Source: Dehalococcoidales bacterium (lineage in GTDB: Bacteria; Chloroflexota; Dehalococcoidia; Dehalococcoidales; RBG-16-60-22). From it: a stretch of DNA of 64,000 nucleotides. This document shows, piece after piece, positions 62,337-64,000 of this stretch (the first letter of the stretch is position 1; each line of letters opens with the position of its first letter). The notes under the pieces were generated by a model. It did not search any database. It was not told where the DNA came from and saw only the letters and a list, made by a program, of their open reading frames with translations. Location of the stretch: positions 9,864 through 73,863 of the forward strand of contig JAQTQH010000001.1 of assembly GCA_028712355.1 (NCBI GenBank), in the 5' to 3' direction. A program made the position numbers and the translations under genes.

Positions 62337-63710
62337 TTAGACAGCCACTTTAGGCAGGCGGGTGAGGGCTTCCTTCACTTTCTCCTCGGGGTAGGCATAG
62401 TCTTCCAGCTTGCCGGAGAAATAGGCATCGTAAGCCGCCATATCGACATGTCCGTGCCCGCTGTGCGCCAGCAGGATGGTCTTGGCTTCACCAGACTCGC
62501 GGCACTTGAGCGCTTCGTCAATGGTGACGCGGATGGCATGCATCGTCTCCGGGGCACTGAGGATGCCTTCGGTGCGGGCGAACTGGATGCCGGCTTGGAA
62601 GGTGGCAATCTGCGGCACCGCTCTGGCTTCCACCAGTCCCAGATTATGAAGGTGACTGATTATTGGTGCCATGCCGTGATAACGCAAGCCGCCGGCGTGG
62701 ACGGGGGGCGGGGTAAAGTCATGACCCAGGGTGTACATCTTGAGCAGGGGGGTAAGCCCGGCGACATCGCCGAAGTCATAGGCGAAGGCGCCCTTGGTCA
62801 GGCTGGGGCAGCTTTCCGGCTCGACTGCGATGATACGCAGGTCCTTCTTCTTGCCGCTGAATTTGTCACGGATGAAGGGCAGGAACATCCCGGCAAAGTT
62901 AGAGCCGCCGCCCACGCATCCGACGATGATGTCCGGATAGCAGCCCGCCATCTCCATCTGGAGACGGGCTTCCTCGCCGATGATAGTCTGGTGCATCAGG
63001 ACATGATTGAGCACGCTGCCCAAAGAATAGTGGGTATCCTCACGGGAAGCGGCGTCTTCCACCGCCTCGCTGATGGCAAAGCCCAGGCTACCGGAATAGT
63101 TGGGGTCTTTCGCCAGCATGTCGCGGCCCACTTTAGTATCGGGGCTCGGGCTAGGGACGCACTTGGCGCCCCAGGCTTCCATCATACTGCGGCGGTAGGG
63201 CTTCTGCCGGTAGCTGACACTGACCATATAGACTTTAATTTCAATGCCGAACAGGGCGCCGGCAAAAGCCAGCGAACTGCCCCACTGCCCGGCACCGGTT
63301 TCGGTAGAGATACGTTTGATGCCTTCCAGCTTGTTATAGTAAGCTTGTGCTACGGCGGTGTTGGGTTTATGGCTACCAGCGGGGCTGGTGCCCTCGTACT
63401 TGTAATAAATTTTCGCCGGGGTATCCAGCGCCTTCTCCAGGTGGAAAGCGCGGTGCAGGGTCGTCGGCCTCCAGAGCCGGTATGCCGTCTGCACTTCTTC
63501 GGGGATTTCGATATAGCGCTCCGGGCTGAACTCCTGCATGATGAGCGCCATCGGGAACAGCTTCTTCAGGTCGTCCGGCGTGACCGGCTTACCAGTCGCC
63601 GGGTGCAGGACGGTAGGCAGCGGCTTGGGGAGGTCCGGCAGCACGTTATACCACTTGGTGGGCATGTCCTTCTGTTCGAGGAAAAACATTGCTTTATCGG
63701 TCTTCTTCAT
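62337..63710 (-). CDS. trpB: TrpB2-type tryptophan synthase beta-like PLP enzyme
   Basis: 457 aa long form. PLP-lysine block [25 protein letters not shown], and the N-terminal extension typical of TrpB2. No trpA adjacent. Confidence 0.85.
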   Translation of the reverse strand: MKKTDKAMFFLEQKDMPTKWYNVLPDLPKPLPTVLHPATGKPVTPDDLKKLFPMALIMQEFSPERYIEIPEEVQTAYRLWRPTTLHRAFHLEKALDTPAKIYYKYEGTSPAGSHKPNTAVAQAYYNKLEGIKRISTETGAGQWGSSLAFAGALFGIEIKVYMVSVSYRQKPYRRSMMEAWGAKCVPSPSPDTKVGRDMLAKDPNYSGSLGFAISEAVEDAASREDTHYSLGSVLNHVLMHQTIIGEEARLQMEMAGCYPDIIVGCVGGGSNFAGMFLPFIRDKFSGKKKDLRIIAVEPESCPSLTKGAFAYDFGDVAGLTPLLKMYTLGHDFTPPPVHAGGLRYHGMAPIISHLHNLGLVEARAVPQIATFQAGIQFARTEGILSAPETMHAIRVTIDEALKCRESGEAKTILLAHSGHGHVDMAAYDAYFSGKLEDYAYPEEKVKEALTRLPKVAV

Positions 63711-63832
63711 TATCTACTCCTTTTTTCATTAGTATCTCTTTTAAAGGTGCGGGTATTTCTTACTATCATATATCGGCCTCAGCGAGGCCAGTGCCAGCTC
63801 ATCGTTGTCATATTTAATTAACCCCCTTTTAG

Positions 63833-64000
63833 CAAACAATAAAGCCTCCCACCCACGAAGGGGCAGGAGGCTTGCTTCTGCGGTGCCACCCTTCTTAGCC
63901 GGCTCACGGAGGAGCAAACAGCTATCTCATAACGGGTACAGCCTTTTTGAGCGATACCCCGGGCTGTGCTAACGGTGCCCTTCCGTCAAGTCCTACTGGG
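63833..64000 (-). promoter_or_regulatory. T-box riboswitch leader (3' two thirds; Stem I lies beyond the window edge)
   Basis: Minus strand: T-box AAGAAGGGTGGCACCGCAG (63896-63878). Antiterminator GAAGGG[UGGCACC]GCAG...CUGC CCCUUC. Mutually exclusive 12-bp terminator (63872-63843) plus UUAUUGUUUG. Two CCGUUA (F-box-like) motifs at 63975-63970 and 63935-63930. Confidence 0.8.

Noticed and set aside
63961-64000. Reading GGAAGGGCACC in the T-box leader as a glycine (GGC/GGG) specifier loop.
   Set aside because: The segment lies only about 80-100 nt upstream of the T-box and next to CCGUUA motifs. That position and context fit Stem II/IIA-B rather than Stem I. The UGGC bulge predicts a G73 discriminator, whereas bacterial tRNA-Gly normally has U73. 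The true specifier is probably beyond the window.

Overview
Gene-dense 64-kb chromosomal window with about 60 CDS and 3 tRNAs. GC is roughly in the high 50s % by hand counts. I found no rRNA, CRISPR array, transposase or integrase.

Most of the content is core housekeeping:
- rpoB-rpoC on the minus strand
- a tRNA-Thr/Tyr/Thr-tuf-rpmG-secE-nusG-rplK-rplA-rplJ-rplL block
- ruvB, ychF, efp-epmA and a NifS-like desulfurase
- purine salvage (hpt, ade, a second PRTase)
- yceD-rpmF-fabD-fabG

Interleaved is an anaerobe-style acyl-CoA toolkit:
- three family III CoA-transferases, two adjacent and translationally coupled
- two acyl-CoA synthetases, a thiolase and a divergent carboxyltransferase
- a ~1377-aa double-activase/dehydratase-like fusion
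- a ferredoxin-EtfA without EtfB

The window also holds two TRAP transporters and a tungstate locus: a GntR-PBP regulator, tupABC and a Mop protein.

Pro/Thr-linker lipoproteins, a T-box leader, the gene order and the repeat types suggest a Chloroflexota (Dehalococcoidia-like) genome. That is inference only, since no search was possible.

Items worth a second look:
1. An AT-rich two-gene islet (77-aa unknown protein plus PIN-like protein) between queH and ruvB.
2. Three families of structured intergenic repeats. One is a ~70-nt cloverleaf-like four-way junction with compensatory changes between copies. Another forms an inverted pair between tupA and tupB.
3. A TRAP + carboxyltransferase + heteromeric-looking CoA-transferase cluster with no biotin components.
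4. A partial T-box leader upstream of a TrpB2-like gene.
5. A Cys4 insertion in EF-Tu.
6. A small membrane-protein gene missing from the ORF track, in a TetR operon with a perfect palindromic operator.

I see no clear-cut novel multi-gene system. The islet and the CoA cluster are the best candidates.
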